Source of the DNA: an uncultured Oscillospiraceae bacterium
GTDB taxonomy: Bacteria; Bacillota; Clostridia; Oscillospirales; Ruminococcaceae
Reading direction: 5' to 3'
Assembly (NCBI GenBank): GCA_963519235.1
Contig: CAUQLV010000002.1
Location: 64,660 to 128,659 of the forward strand
Length of the DNA stretch: 64,000 nt
Shown: positions 9,014 through 17,677 of the stretch, piece after piece
Numbering within the stretch: the stretch's first letter is position 1
Layout of the letters: each line of letters begins with the position of its first letter
Notes under the pieces: model-generated
What the model saw: the letters and a program-made list of their open reading frames with translations, nothing else
Database searches by the model: none
Told to the model about the DNA's origin: nothing
Program-made: the position numbers and the translations under genes

Positions 9014-10522
9014 TTATTCGCCGGCGTGCTTGATGCCGAGGATTTCAAGCTCTTTTTCGGATAGTCCGACGCCGCGCAGCATCAGGCGGTTGCCCCGCAG
9101 CGCTTCAATCGAGTTGATGCCCATGCCGCCCATCATTTCCTTGATCTCGTGATCCCACGCGGTTACAAGGTTAACCAGCCGCTGGGAACCGATATCCGGG
9201 TTCAGGCGCTTGACAAGCTCGGGGCGCTGGGTCGCAATTCCCCAGTTGCATTTGCCGGCCTGACAGCTGCGGCAGAGATGGCAGCCAATCGCGATCAGAG
9301 CGGAGGTGGCAATATAAACGGCGTCCGCGCCGAGTGCGATTGCCTTGATAATATCGGAAGAAGAACGGACAGAACCGCCCACAACAATCGAAACATTGCC
9401 GCGGATGCCCTCGTCGCGCAGGCGGGAATCGACAGCCGCAAGCGCGAGCTCAATCGGAATGCCCACGTTGTCGCGGATGCGGGTCGGCGCCGCGCCGGTG
9501 CCGCCGCGGAATCCGTCAATGGCGATGATATCCGCGCCGGAGCGGGCAACGCCGCTCGCTATGGCCGCGACATTGTGCACTGCCGCAATTTTTACAATGA
9601 CGGGTTTTTGATAGGCGGTGGCCTCTTTCAGCGAGTAGACCAGCTGGCGCAGGTCTTCGATGGAATAGATATCATGATGAGGCGCGGGGGAGATGGCGTC
9701 GCTGCCTTCCGGAATCATGCGGGTGCGGGAAACGTCGCCGACAATCTTGGCGCCGGGCAGGTGTCCGCCGATGCCGGGCTTTGCGCCCTGCCCCATTTTG
9801 ATCTCAATTGCAGCGCCCGCCTCCAGATACTCCTTATGCACGCCGAACCGGCCGGAAGCGACCTGTACAATGGTGTTTGGCCCGTATTTGTAGAAGTCCT
9901 CATGCAGGCCGCCCTCGCCCGTATTGTAAAAGATGCCAAGCTCGGTGGCCGCACGCGCAAGAGACTCGTGCGCGTTGTAGGAGATGGAACCGTAGGACAT
10001 GGCGGAGAACATAATAGGGACGGAAAGCTCAAGCTGCGGGGTCAGATTGTTGATGATTTTTCCGTCGGCGTCGCGCTCAATTTTGGTCGGTTTTGAACCA
10101 AGGAAAGTCTTGGTCTCCATCGGCTCGCGCAGCGGGTCAATGGAGGGGTTGGTGACCTGGGAAGCGTTGATCAGCATTTTGTCCCAGTAGACCGGGAAGT
10201 TTTCCGGGTTGCCCATCGAGGAAAGCAGAACGCCGCCTGTTCCGGCCTGGCGGATAATCGAAGAAATCGTGTTGGACGACCAGTTGCCGTTTAATTTATA
10301 GGTATCATCGCTCTTTACAATTTTGATGGAGCGGGTGGGGCAGAGAGAAACACAGCGGTGGCAGTTGACACATTTGCTGCTGTCGCTGATCATGAGGTTG
10401 CGCTCCTCGTCATAGCGGGTGATCTCGTTGGCGCACTGGCGCTCACACACGCGACAGGTGATACAGGTATCGTTATTGCGTACCAGTTCATATTCCGGAT
10501 AGATAAAATCATTTGCAAACAT
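9014..10522 (-). CDS. Glutamate synthase FMN-binding (synthase) subunit with an N-terminal 4Fe-4S domain
   Basis: CITCRVCERQC...CVNCHRCVSLCP, then a GltB domain-2 core (GEGG, IDGFRGGTGAAP, VGGSVRSSSD). Confidence 0.9.
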   Translation of the reverse strand: MFANDFIYPEYELVRNNDTCITCRVCERQCANEITRYDEERNLMISDSSKCVNCHRCVSLCPTRSIKIVKSDDTYKLNGNWSSNTISSIIRQAGTGGVLLSSMGNPENFPVYWDKMLINASQVTNPSIDPLREPMETKTFLGSKPTKIERDADGKIINNLTPQLELSVPIMFSAMSYGSISYNAHESLARAATELGIFYNTGEGGLHEDFYKYGPNTIVQVASGRFGVHKEYLEAGAAIEIKMGQGAKPGIGGHLPGAKIVGDVSRTRMIPEGSDAISPAPHHDIYSIEDLRQLVYSLKEATAYQKPVIVKIAAVHNVAAIASGVARSGADIIAIDGFRGGTGAAPTRIRDNVGIPIELALAAVDSRLRDEGIRGNVSIVVGGSVRSSSDIIKAIALGADAVYIATSALIAIGCHLCRSCQAGKCNWGIATQRPELVKRLNPDIGSQRLVNLVTAWDHEIKEMMGGMGINSIEALRGNRLMLRGVGLSEKELEILGIKHAGE

Positions 10523-11643
10523 TAGAGTGCACCTCCTTTGTCCAGTGTCACAATGACAGGTTCGCCGCCGCGCGGAGCCCAGAGTTTATCCAAGTCGGGC
10601 TGAATGACACGGATGGCGCATTCTTCACTGGCAACATAAACGGTTCTGTCCTTTTCTCCGATGACCATGGAACGCAGCTTCAGACGGTCATTGAGCGCCA
10701 TCATGCCGCCGCTGAATCCAAGGAGAATCGAAAACGGCCCGGTAATCAGCAGGCTGGAAAACGCGTTGCGCAGATAGGTGAACTGCTCGCGCTTTTCAGG
10801 CGGATAGCTTTCAATGGTTTTCCAGAACGGTGCCGCGATGACACCGGCGGCTTCCTCCATGGAAAGTCCCTGACGCCGCACAAGATAATCGATCATATAG
10901 GTGATAACCTCGGTGTCGGTAAGCAGGGTGCAGCGATAGCCGAACATCTCCATGTAACGGCGGTTCGCGTCGTAGGAAGAAATTTCACCGTTATGCACGA
11001 TAGAGTAATCGAGCATCGCAAAAGGGTGCGCGCCGCCCCACCAGCCGGGTGTGTTGGTGGGATAACGGCCGTGCGCGGTCCAGCAGTATCCCTCATATTC
11101 ATCCGCGAGACGGTAAAATTCGCCGACGTCTTCGGGGAAACCCACCGCTTTGAAAACACCCATGTTTTTTCCGGAGGAAAAGACGTAGGCTCCCTCAATG
11201 GTAGTGTTGATCCGAATGACACAGCGCGCGGTATATTCCCGCTCGTCGAGCTGGCTTTCTTCTAAACGTGTATGATGGGGCTTCACAAAATATCGCCAGA
11301 TTAACGGTTCATTCGTAATTTGCGGCATGCGTTTGACCGGAATTTTTGACAGATTTACAATGTCAAAATACTTGTCGAGAAACGTCTCGCAGGCATTTTT
11401 GGCCGCTTGTGTGTCATAAAATACATGGAACGCATACAGGTCTTTATACTGCGGATAGATGCCATAGCCGGCAAATCCGCCGCCAAGTCCGTTGGAACGG
11501 TCGTGCATGGTCGCAATGGAATCAATGATGGCACGGCCTGAAATGCGTTTTCCATCCCGGTTAAAAATGCCGGAAATTGCGCAGCCGGAGGGGATGCGTA
11601 TGATTCCCTCACGCTGTCGCGGGTTGAACTCTTCCTGTAACAT
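10522..11643 (-). CDS. Class II glutamine amidotransferase subunit of split glutamate synthase
   Basis: Ntn-type GATase (PSGCAISGI...HDRSNGLGGGFAGYG...HGRYPTNT). I chose the ATG at 11643 (GGGGG RBS) over 11658. Confidence 0.85.
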   Translation of the reverse strand: MLQEEFNPRQREGIIRIPSGCAISGIFNRDGKRISGRAIIDSIATMHDRSNGLGGGFAGYGIYPQYKDLYAFHVFYDTQAAKNACETFLDKYFDIVNLSKIPVKRMPQITNEPLIWRYFVKPHHTRLEESQLDEREYTARCVIRINTTIEGAYVFSSGKNMGVFKAVGFPEDVGEFYRLADEYEGYCWTAHGRYPTNTPGWWGGAHPFAMLDYSIVHNGEISSYDANRRYMEMFGYRCTLLTDTEVITYMIDYLVRRQGLSMEEAAGVIAAPFWKTIESYPPEKREQFTYLRNAFSSLLITGPFSILLGFSGGMMALNDRLKLRSMVIGEKDRTVYVASEECAIRVIQPDLDKLWAPRGGEPVIVTLDKGGAL

Positions 11644-11673
11644 AGTTGAAACCCCCATTCAAGATAAACAGTC

Positions 11674-11737
11674 AAAAAATAAGGCGTTCATAAGAAGCAT
11701 TTCGTTATCACAACAAAACACTTTTTATGAACGCCTT
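11674..11737 (-). terminator. Leader (attenuator) terminator upstream of the glutamate synthase-glnA-ANTAR operon
   Basis: In the minus-strand RNA, AAGGCGUUCAUAA (11737-11725) pairs with UUAUGAACGCCUU (11693-11681). AUUUUUUG follows. It lies between the predicted promoter and the first start codon. Confidence 0.7.
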
Positions 11738-11742
11738 TGTTC
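11729..11742 (-). promoter_or_regulatory. Antiterminator-type hairpin GAAC-AAAGGC-GUUC (hexaloop with A1/G4)
   Basis: 4-bp stem with a hexaloop. Its loop and 3' arm (11729-11737) form the first 9 nt of the terminator 5' arm. Confidence 0.55.
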
Positions 11743-11751
11743 AGTACTACC

Positions 11752-11781
11752 ATCATACTAAATAAGAGAACCTTTTGTCAA
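11752..11781 (-). promoter_or_regulatory. Sigma-70-type promoter of the glutamate synthase operon
   Basis: Minus strand: TTGACA (11781-11776), 18-nt spacer, TATGAT (11757-11752). Confidence 0.55.
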
Positions 11782-11892
11782 GAAATTTGCATGTTAAAAT
11801 GCATATCCTGCTGAGTTCTTGTTAAATTCCACTATAAGCGAAAAAACCACACCCCAATATGCAGGACATATTCACGAAACTTGCAAAACGTA

Positions 11893-11921
11893 TTGACAAT
11901 TTAATTTTCCTAGAATATACT
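11893..11921 (+). promoter_or_regulatory. Sigma-70-type promoter of glnN (GS III)
   Basis: TTGACA (11893-11898), 17-nt spacer, TATACT (11916-11921). Confidence 0.6.
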
Positions 11922-11933
11922 AGGACTATCGAA

Positions 11934-11945
11934 AGCAAAGGCGCT
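11934..11945 (+). promoter_or_regulatory. Antiterminator-type hairpin AGC-AAAGGC-GCU (hexaloop with A1/G4)
   Basis: 3-bp stem with a hexaloop starting about 12 nt after the -10 box. Bases 11940-11945 are shared with the terminator 5' arm. Confidence 0.5.
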
Positions 11946-11983
11946 TGCGAACCGGTTGGGTTCGCAGGCGTCTTTTTTGTTTT
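11940..11983 (+). terminator. Leader (attenuator) terminator upstream of glnN
   Basis: About 14-bp stem including G-U pairs: GGCGCTTGCGAACC (11940-11953) with GGTTCGCAGGCGTC (11959-11972). TTTTTTGTTTTG follows. It ends 29 nt before the glnN start. Confidence 0.75.
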
Positions 11984-12011
11984 GTACAATCATAAAAAGG
12001 AGTTGTGTTTT

Positions 12012-14105
12012 ATGAACAGCGTACCGGAACTTTTCGGCAGCATGGTGTTTAATGATGTTGTTATGAAAGAACGCCTTCCCAAAGAAACTTACAAGGAATT
12101 GAAAAAAACAATCCAGGACGGCAAGGCGCTAGACATTTCTGTCGCTAACGTTGTGGCCAACGCCATGAAAGACTGGGCGATCGAGAAAGGGGTAACGCAT
12201 TTTACCCATTGGTTCCAGCCGATGACCGGTATCACTGCCGAAAAACACGACAGCTTTATCTCGCCTGTTGGTGACAGCAGCATCATCATGGAATTTTCCG
12301 GCAAGGAGCTGATCCAAGGCGAGCCGGATGCCTCCTCTTTTCCATCCGGCGGACTGCGCGCCACGTTTGAAGCGCGCGGCTATACCGCATGGGACCCCAC
12401 CTCTTACGCATTTATCAAAGAAGATGTGCTGTGCATTCCAACCGCGTTCTGCTCCTACAGCGGAGAAGTGCTGGATAAGAAAACTCCCTTGCTGCGCTCC
12501 ATGGGGGCAATCAACACACAAGCACTCAGGATTCTTCGCCTGTTCGGTAATACGGATGCTACCCGTGTAGTCACCACTGTCGGCCCGGAGCAGGAATATT
12601 TTTTAATAGACAAAGAAGTATTTGATAAACGCAAAGACCTCATTTATACCGGCAGAACGCTGTTCGGCGCGAAGCCCCCAAAAGGGCAGGAGCTGGAAGA
12701 CCACTATTTCGGCGCCATCAAGCCCCGCGTCAAAGCCTTTATGGAGGACTTGGACAAAGAACTTTGGAAGCTGGGCATTCTGGCGAAGACAGAGCATAAT
12801 GAGGTGGCCCCCGCTCAGCACGAACTGGCTCCCATCTTTACCAACACCAACGTTGCCACCGACCACAACCAACTTACAATGGAGCTGATGAAAAAGGTAG
12901 CTTCAAAACATGGGCTGGTTTGCCTCCTTCACGAAGAACCTTTTGCGGGTGTGAACGGCTCCGGCAAACATAACAACTGGTCGATTTCCACCACGGATGG
13001 TGTAAACCTTCTCGATCCCGGCAAAACACCGTATGAGAACGCACAGTTCCTATTATTTTTAACCGCAGTGATCAAAGCTGTTGACGAATATCAGGATCTG
13101 CTTCGCGTATCGGTTGCAACCGCCGGAAACGACCACCGTCTCGGAGCAAATGAGGCTCCCCCCGCTGTCGTTTCCATGTTCCTCGGCACAGAGCTGACGG
13201 AAGTTTTGCAAGCGATTGATACCGACAGCGCTTATAACGGTCAGGGCAAAGTTGAAATGGAGATTGGCGTGGATGTCCTTCCGCACTTCCCCAAAGACAC
13301 CACCGACCGCAACAGAACCTCACCGTTTGCGTTTACCGGAAATAAGTTTGAATTTCGTATGCTGGGTTCTTCTCTCTCCATTTCAGGCCCCAACATCGTG
13401 CTGAACACAATTGTAGCCGAAGAACTCGAACAGTTTGCGGATATTCTTGAAAAAGCGGATGATTTCACAACCACTTTAAATAAGCTGATTAAGGATACCG
13501 TTAAAGCGCATAAACGCATCATCTTTAACGGCAACGGCTATGATGACGCGTGGATTCAGGAAGCAAAAAAACGCGGCCTGCTGAATCTGCACTCCTCTGC
13601 GGAGGCACTGCCCTATTTCTGCGCGGAGAAGAACATCAAGCTGTTCACCAAACACCACATTTTCAGTGAGGCGGAGGTTCGCTCCCGCTGTGAAATTATG
13701 CTTGAAAATTACTGCAAGGTGATTTCCATCGAGGCGCTCACCATGCTGGAAATGGTGCACAAGGACATTCTCCCGGCTGTTTATACCTATATTAAACGCC
13801 TGAGCGAGACTGCGCTTGCCACCCGCCAGCTCTGCCCGGACATTACCTGCGAAAGCGAAATCAAGCTGGTTTCCCGCCTGTCCTCCCTTTGCAACAGCCT
13901 TTCCAACAAAGCAGATACTCTGGACAAAGCGGTTCTTGATGCCAAAACGCACACCGAACCGGCGGAATCCGCAACCTATTACCGCGATTATGTCTTTGGC
14001 GCTATGCAGGAGCTTCGCGCGGTAGCCGATGAAATTGAAGGACTTGTCGGCGAGAAATATTGGCCTTATCCGACCTACGGCGCAATGCTGTTCAGCGTGC
14101 GGTAA
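12012..14105 (+). CDS. glnN: Glutamine synthetase type III
   Basis: About 697 aa from the ATG at 12012 (RBS AAGGAG), with a GS-III-type sequence ([26 protein letters not shown]). The track start at 11859 lies upstream of the promoter and terminator and is not credible. Confidence 0.9.
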   Translation: MNSVPELFGSMVFNDVVMKERLPKETYKELKKTIQDGKALDISVANVVANAMKDWAIEKGVTHFTHWFQPMTGITAEKHDSFISPVGDSSIIMEFSGKELIQGEPDASSFPSGGLRATFEARGYTAWDPTSYAFIKEDVLCIPTAFCSYSGEVLDKKTPLLRSMGAINTQALRILRLFGNTDATRVVTTVGPEQEYFLIDKEVFDKRKDLIYTGRTLFGAKPPKGQELEDHYFGAIKPRVKAFMEDLDKELWKLGILAKTEHNEVAPAQHELAPIFTNTNVATDHNQLTMELMKKVASKHGLVCLLHEEPFAGVNGSGKHNNWSISTTDGVNLLDPGKTPYENAQFLLFLTAVIKAVDEYQDLLRVSVATAGNDHRLGANEAPPAVVSMFLGTELTEVLQAIDTDSAYNGQGKVEMEIGVDVLPHFPKDTTDRNRTSPFAFTGNKFEFRMLGSSLSISGPNIVLNTIVAEELEQFADILEKADDFTTTLNKLIKDTVKAHKRIIFNGNGYDDAWIQEAKKRGLLNLHSSAEALPYFCAEKNIKLFTKHHIFSEAEVRSRCEIMLENYCKVISIEALTMLEMVHKDILPAVYTYIKRLSETALATRQLCPDITCESEIKLVSRLSSLCNSLSNKADTLDKAVLDAKTHTEPAESATYYRDYVFGAMQELRAVADEIEGLVGEKYWPYPTYGAMLFSVR

Positions 14106-14162
14106 GTCTCTGATACACGACAAAATTGAACAGGGTCAGCCGATTCAAGCGGCGACCCGCCC

Positions 14163-14176
14163 GCACAATGGCGTGC
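14163..14176 (+). promoter_or_regulatory. Antiterminator-type hairpin GCAC-AAUGGC-GUGC (hexaloop with A1/G4)
   Basis: 4-bp stem with a hexaloop. Bases 14171-14176 are shared with the terminator 5' arm. Confidence 0.5.
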
Positions 14177-14220
14177 GTTTCCGGCTATGCGGCAGCCGGA
14201 GACGCACGCTATATTTTATT
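14171..14220 (+). terminator. Attenuator terminator between glnN and the amt-PII gene
   Basis: 16-bp stem: GCGTGCGTTTCCGGCT (14171-14186) with AGCCGGAGACGCACGC (14194-14209), one G-U pair. TATATTTTATT follows. Confidence 0.65.
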
Positions 14221-14246
14221 AATCATCTTTTGAGGAGGGTATTTCT

Positions 14247-15959
14247 ATGTATTCATCTGTTGATACGATTTGGGTATTGCTGGGCGCTTTGTTGGTCTTC
14301 TTCATGCAGGCAGGCTTCGCAATGGTGGAAACCGGCTTTACCAGAGCAAAAAACGCCGGTAATATCATCATGAAAAACCTCATGGACTTCTGCATCGGAA
14401 CACCAATCTACTGGATTTTGGGTTTTGGAATTATGTTCGCCGGCGACGGTTTGTTCTTTGGCGGATTTGATTTTCTGATCCGTGGAAATTATGACGGTTC
14501 TTATCCGACTGCGGCATTCGTCATTTTCCAGACGGTCTTCTGCGCGACAGCCGCCACCATTGTATCCGGCGCCATGGCGGAAAGAACCAAATTTATCTCC
14601 TACTGCATCTATTCCGCTGTCATCAGCGCGGTAACCTACCCGATTTCCGGACATTGGATTTGGGGCGGCGGCTGGCTCGCACAGATCGGTTTTCATGATT
14701 TTGCGGGTTCCACGGCAGTCCATATGGTTGGCGGCGTGGCCGCGCTTGTGGGCGCAACAATTCTCGGACCCCGTATCGGCAAGTATGATAAAAATGGCAA
14801 TCCAAAAGCGATTCCGGGCCACAGCCTGACGCTCGGCGCTCTCGGCGTCTTCATCCTCTGGTTCTGCTGGTTTGGATTTAACGGCGGTTCCACCGTTTCG
14901 ATGACCGGAGACGACGTTCTGCTTTCTGCTTCCAACATTTTTGTTACCACCAACCTTGCCGCGGCAGTTGCTACCTGCACGGTTATGATGATCACCTGGG
15001 TTCGCTATAAAAAGCCGGATGTATCCATGACCCTCAACGGTTCTCTCGCAGGCCTGGTAGCCATCACAGCGGGCTGCGACGCGGTAACTCCCGTCGGTGC
15101 ATTCTGGATCGGCCTGATTGCCGGGTTCATTGTAGTATTCGGGATCGAATTTATTGACAAGAAACTAAAGATTGACGATCCTGTCGGCGCAATCGGCGTA
15201 CACGGCCTTTGCGGAGCGAGCGGCACAATTCTTACCGGACTGTTTGCTTATCACCTGACAGATGACGCCGGCAACCCGCTCGGGCTGTTCTATGGCGGCG
15301 GCTTCAAATTCGTCGGAATTCAGATTCTTGGTGTTGTTGCCGTAATCATTTGGGTTGCCGTAACCATGACGATTGTATTTCAGGTTCTGAAACATACGGT
15401 TGGCCTGCGCGTTTCCAAACACGAAGAAATTGTGGGTCTTGATATTGAAGAGCATGGGCTGGTCAGCAGTTATGCGGATTTCATGCCCAATGTTGAAGCA
15501 ATTTCTGAGGACGATTCGGAAGAAGTGGTCGGTAAAGCGCCGATAGCTGCGGCGGTTCCGGTTCAGCTTGCGGAAGACAAGACTGCGACACCCGCTTCTG
15601 ATGTCAAGATTACTAAGATTGTGATAGTTGCAAAACAAAACCGTTTCGAAGCGTTGAAAGCCGCGATGAACGAGATCGGCGTTACCGGTATGACCGTGAC
15701 CAATGTGCTCGGATGCGGCATGCAGAAAGGCTCGACAGAATATTACCGAGGCGTTCCGCTGGAAATGAATCTGCTGCCCAAGATTAAAGTGGAAATTGTC
15801 GTCTGTAAAGTCCCGGCCCGCACGGTCATCGAAACCGCAAAACGGGTTCTTTATACCGGCCACATCGGCGATGGTAAAATCTTTGTCTACAACATCGAAA
15901 ATGTCATCAAGGTTCGTACCGGTGAAGAAGGCTACGATGCCTTGCAGGACGTTGAATAA
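14247..15959 (+). CDS. amt: Ammonium transporter (Amt) fused to a C-terminal PII (GlnB/GlnK-like) domain
   Basis: The first 400 aa or so are the Amt channel (FMQAGFAMVETG, HMVGGVAALVGA, VHGLCGASG). After an acidic linker, the last 115 aa or so are PII (KIVIVAKQNRFEALKAAMNEIGVTGMTVTNVLGCGMQKG...YRG...GDGKIFVYNIE). Confidence 0.9.
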   Translation: MYSSVDTIWVLLGALLVFFMQAGFAMVETGFTRAKNAGNIIMKNLMDFCIGTPIYWILGFGIMFAGDGLFFGGFDFLIRGNYDGSYPTAAFVIFQTVFCATAATIVSGAMAERTKFISYCIYSAVISAVTYPISGHWIWGGGWLAQIGFHDFAGSTAVHMVGGVAALVGATILGPRIGKYDKNGNPKAIPGHSLTLGALGVFILWFCWFGFNGGSTVSMTGDDVLLSASNIFVTTNLAAAVATCTVMMITWVRYKKPDVSMTLNGSLAGLVAITAGCDAVTPVGAFWIGLIAGFIVVFGIEFIDKKLKIDDPVGAIGVHGLCGASGTILTGLFAYHLTDDAGNPLGLFYGGGFKFVGIQILGVVAVIIWVAVTMTIVFQVLKHTVGLRVSKHEEIVGLDIEEHGLVSSYADFMPNVEAISEDDSEEVVGKAPIAAAVPVQLAEDKTATPASDVKITKIVIVAKQNRFEALKAAMNEIGVTGMTVTNVLGCGMQKGSTEYYRGVPLEMNLLPKIKVEIVVCKVPARTVIETAKRVLYTGHIGDGKIFVYNIENVIKVRTGEEGYDALQDVE

Positions 15960-16016
15960 CAGCACCCCAATTTATTTATTCGATTAACCCCTCATTCTTG
16001 ATAAACACAATACGGC

Positions 16017-16049
16017 AAAAAGCTCTCGTCGAAAGACGGGGGCTTTTTG
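16017..16049 (+). terminator. Intrinsic terminator after amt-PII
   Basis: aaaaAGCTCTCGTCgaaaGACGGGGGCTtttt. Confidence 0.7.
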
Positions 16050-16128
16050 CTTTGTATAGCAGCGTCTCCCTGCATAATTTTCCAGATAAGAGAAATACTA
16101 TCAGTAACTATTGGAAAGGGGATCAACC

Positions 16129-16668
16129 ATGAAAGAACTCAAGGGCTCTAAAACAGAAGCAAATCTGATGGCCGCGTTTGCGGGAGAATCGCAGGCGCGC
16201 AACAAATACACCTACTATTCCGCCAAAGCAAAACAAGACGGCTATGAGCAGATTGGGAATATCTTCACGGAAACGGCGAACAACGAAAAGGAGCACGCGG
16301 AAATTTGGTTTAAGCTTTTACACGCGGGGATGCCGAATACACAGACGAATCTGAAGGATGCCGCGGACGGGGAGCGTTACGAATGGGAAACGATGTACGC
16401 AAATTTCGCAAAGGAAGCAAGAGAAGAGGGATTCGAGAAAATCGCGGCGCTGTTTACGCTTGTAGGCAATATTGAAAAAGAGCATATGCAGCGGTATGAA
16501 AAGCTGTTGCAGAATGTAGCGGAGCAAAAGGTCTTCCAGGGTGAGCCGCAAGCGGTATGGATCTGCCTCAATTGCGGACATATTTATCAGGGAGCAGAGC
16601 CTCCGAAGACCTGTCCGGTCTGCGAAAAGCCGCAGGCTTGGTTCCAGATAAAAGCCGAAAACTACTGA
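16129..16668 (+). CDS. rbr: Rubrerythrin
   Basis: Ferritin-like diiron domain (EANLMAAFAGESQARNKY, EKEH) plus a C-terminal rubredoxin CxxC...CxxC (CLNCGH...CPVCEKP). Start at the ATG at 16129 with RBS GGAAAGGGGA. Confidence 0.9.
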   Translation: MKELKGSKTEANLMAAFAGESQARNKYTYYSAKAKQDGYEQIGNIFTETANNEKEHAEIWFKLLHAGMPNTQTNLKDAADGERYEWETMYANFAKEAREEGFEKIAALFTLVGNIEKEHMQRYEKLLQNVAEQKVFQGEPQAVWICLNCGHIYQGAEPPKTCPVCEKPQAWFQIKAENY

Positions 16669-16675
16669 ATCAGAC

Positions 16676-16705
16676 AAAAAGCGGATGCTTCTGCATCCGC
16701 TTTTT
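16676..16705. terminator. Bidirectional terminator (rbr / mrp)
   Basis: aaaaaGCGGATGCttctGCATCCGCttttt. Confidence 0.8.
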
Positions 16706-16711
16706 ATAATC

Positions 16712-17539
16712 TTAGATTTTTTCCACAGCGTCCGCTGCGGCATCCATCCAGTTGCCTTCAAACAGTTCCACCACGCCTTTGTCCACAACCTTTGCCAGCG
16801 CGGGATCAATCGGCAGTTTGGCCAGAACGGGAATTTTATATTTCTCACCGATCGAGTCAATGTGGCTTTCCCCAAAGACCTGAAGCTTTTTGCCGCAGTC
16901 GGGGCACTGCACATAGCTCATGTTTTCAACCAGACCGATGATCGGAATGTTCATCATATTTGCCATCTTGACTGCTTTTTCAACGATCAGCTCCACCAGC
17001 TCCTGCGGAGAAGCCACCACAATGATGCCGTCAAGCGGGACGGACTGGTACACAGTCAGAGGAACGTCGCCGGTTCCGGGAGGCATATCGACAAACAGAA
17101 AGTCCACATCGTTCCAGATGACATCGGTCCAGAACTGCTTCACAACGCCGGCAATGACAGGCCCGCGCCAAACGACCGGATCGGTTTCATCCTGCAAAAG
17201 TAGATTGATGGAAATGATATCAATTCCGGTTTTGCTGCTGACCGGAATAATGCTGGTTTCATCTCCGGTAGCCTTGGAATGAATGCCAAACGCCTTCGGA
17301 ATGGACGGGCCGGTAATATCGGCATCCATAATGGCGGTTTTGAATCCGCGGCGGTTGAGCAGAACAGCAAGCATGGACGTGACTAATGATTTGCCGACGC
17401 CGCCCTTTCCGCTGACAACTCCGATAACCTTTCGGACACAGCTCAGTTCATGCGGTTTTTCCAAAAAATCCTCGGGGCTTGTTTTCCGTTCGGAACAGGA
17501 TTCCCCGCAGGATTCACAATTGTGCGTACATTCGCTCAT
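16712..17539 (-). CDS. Mrp/NBP35 family Fe-S cluster carrier ATPase
   Basis: Deviant Walker A SGKGGVGKS, an N-terminal Cys cluster (CTHNCESCGESC), and CPDCG. Confidence 0.85.
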   Translation of the reverse strand: MSECTHNCESCGESCSERKTSPEDFLEKPHELSCVRKVIGVVSGKGGVGKSLVTSMLAVLLNRRGFKTAIMDADITGPSIPKAFGIHSKATGDETSIIPVSSKTGIDIISINLLLQDETDPVVWRGPVIAGVVKQFWTDVIWNDVDFLFVDMPPGTGDVPLTVYQSVPLDGIIVVASPQELVELIVEKAVKMANMMNIPIIGLVENMSYVQCPDCGKKLQVFGESHIDSIGEKYKIPVLAKLPIDPALAKVVDKGVVELFEGNWMDAAADAVEKI

Positions 17540-17677
17540 TGGGACAGCATCTCCTTTGAATAGATAAATGAATTTATACCGCTTAAAGTATATTGCCTGG
17601 CGGTGCTTTTGTCAAATAAATGTGCTATAATTTATGGGAACAAAACGGCTTGTCCCGCCCTAAAAAGGAGAGATCCC

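Noticed and set aside
9149-10096. Long ORFs antisense to, or overlapping, real genes. Examples are 9149..10096 +, 10513..11265 +, 15165..15965 -, 24551..25519 -, 37259..38089 +, 42207..42962 +, 44782..45522 -, 56615..57307 + and 58153..58956 -.
   Set aside because: They lie opposite confidently assigned genes and have Arg/Gly/Ala/Pro-rich low-complexity translations typical of shadow frames in GC-rich coding DNA. They lack RBS signals.
11859-12011. N-terminal extensions of track ORFs. Examples are 11859 for glnN, 6573 for glnA, 17603 for hemW, 24332 for panE, 51850 for the hydrolase, 56539 for the NTPase, 57229 for UDG, 58039 for the response regulator and 35884 for azlD.
   Set aside because: The extensions overlap promoters, terminators or upstream genes and lack an RBS. 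Internal starts have canonical RBSs and match the expected family N-termini.
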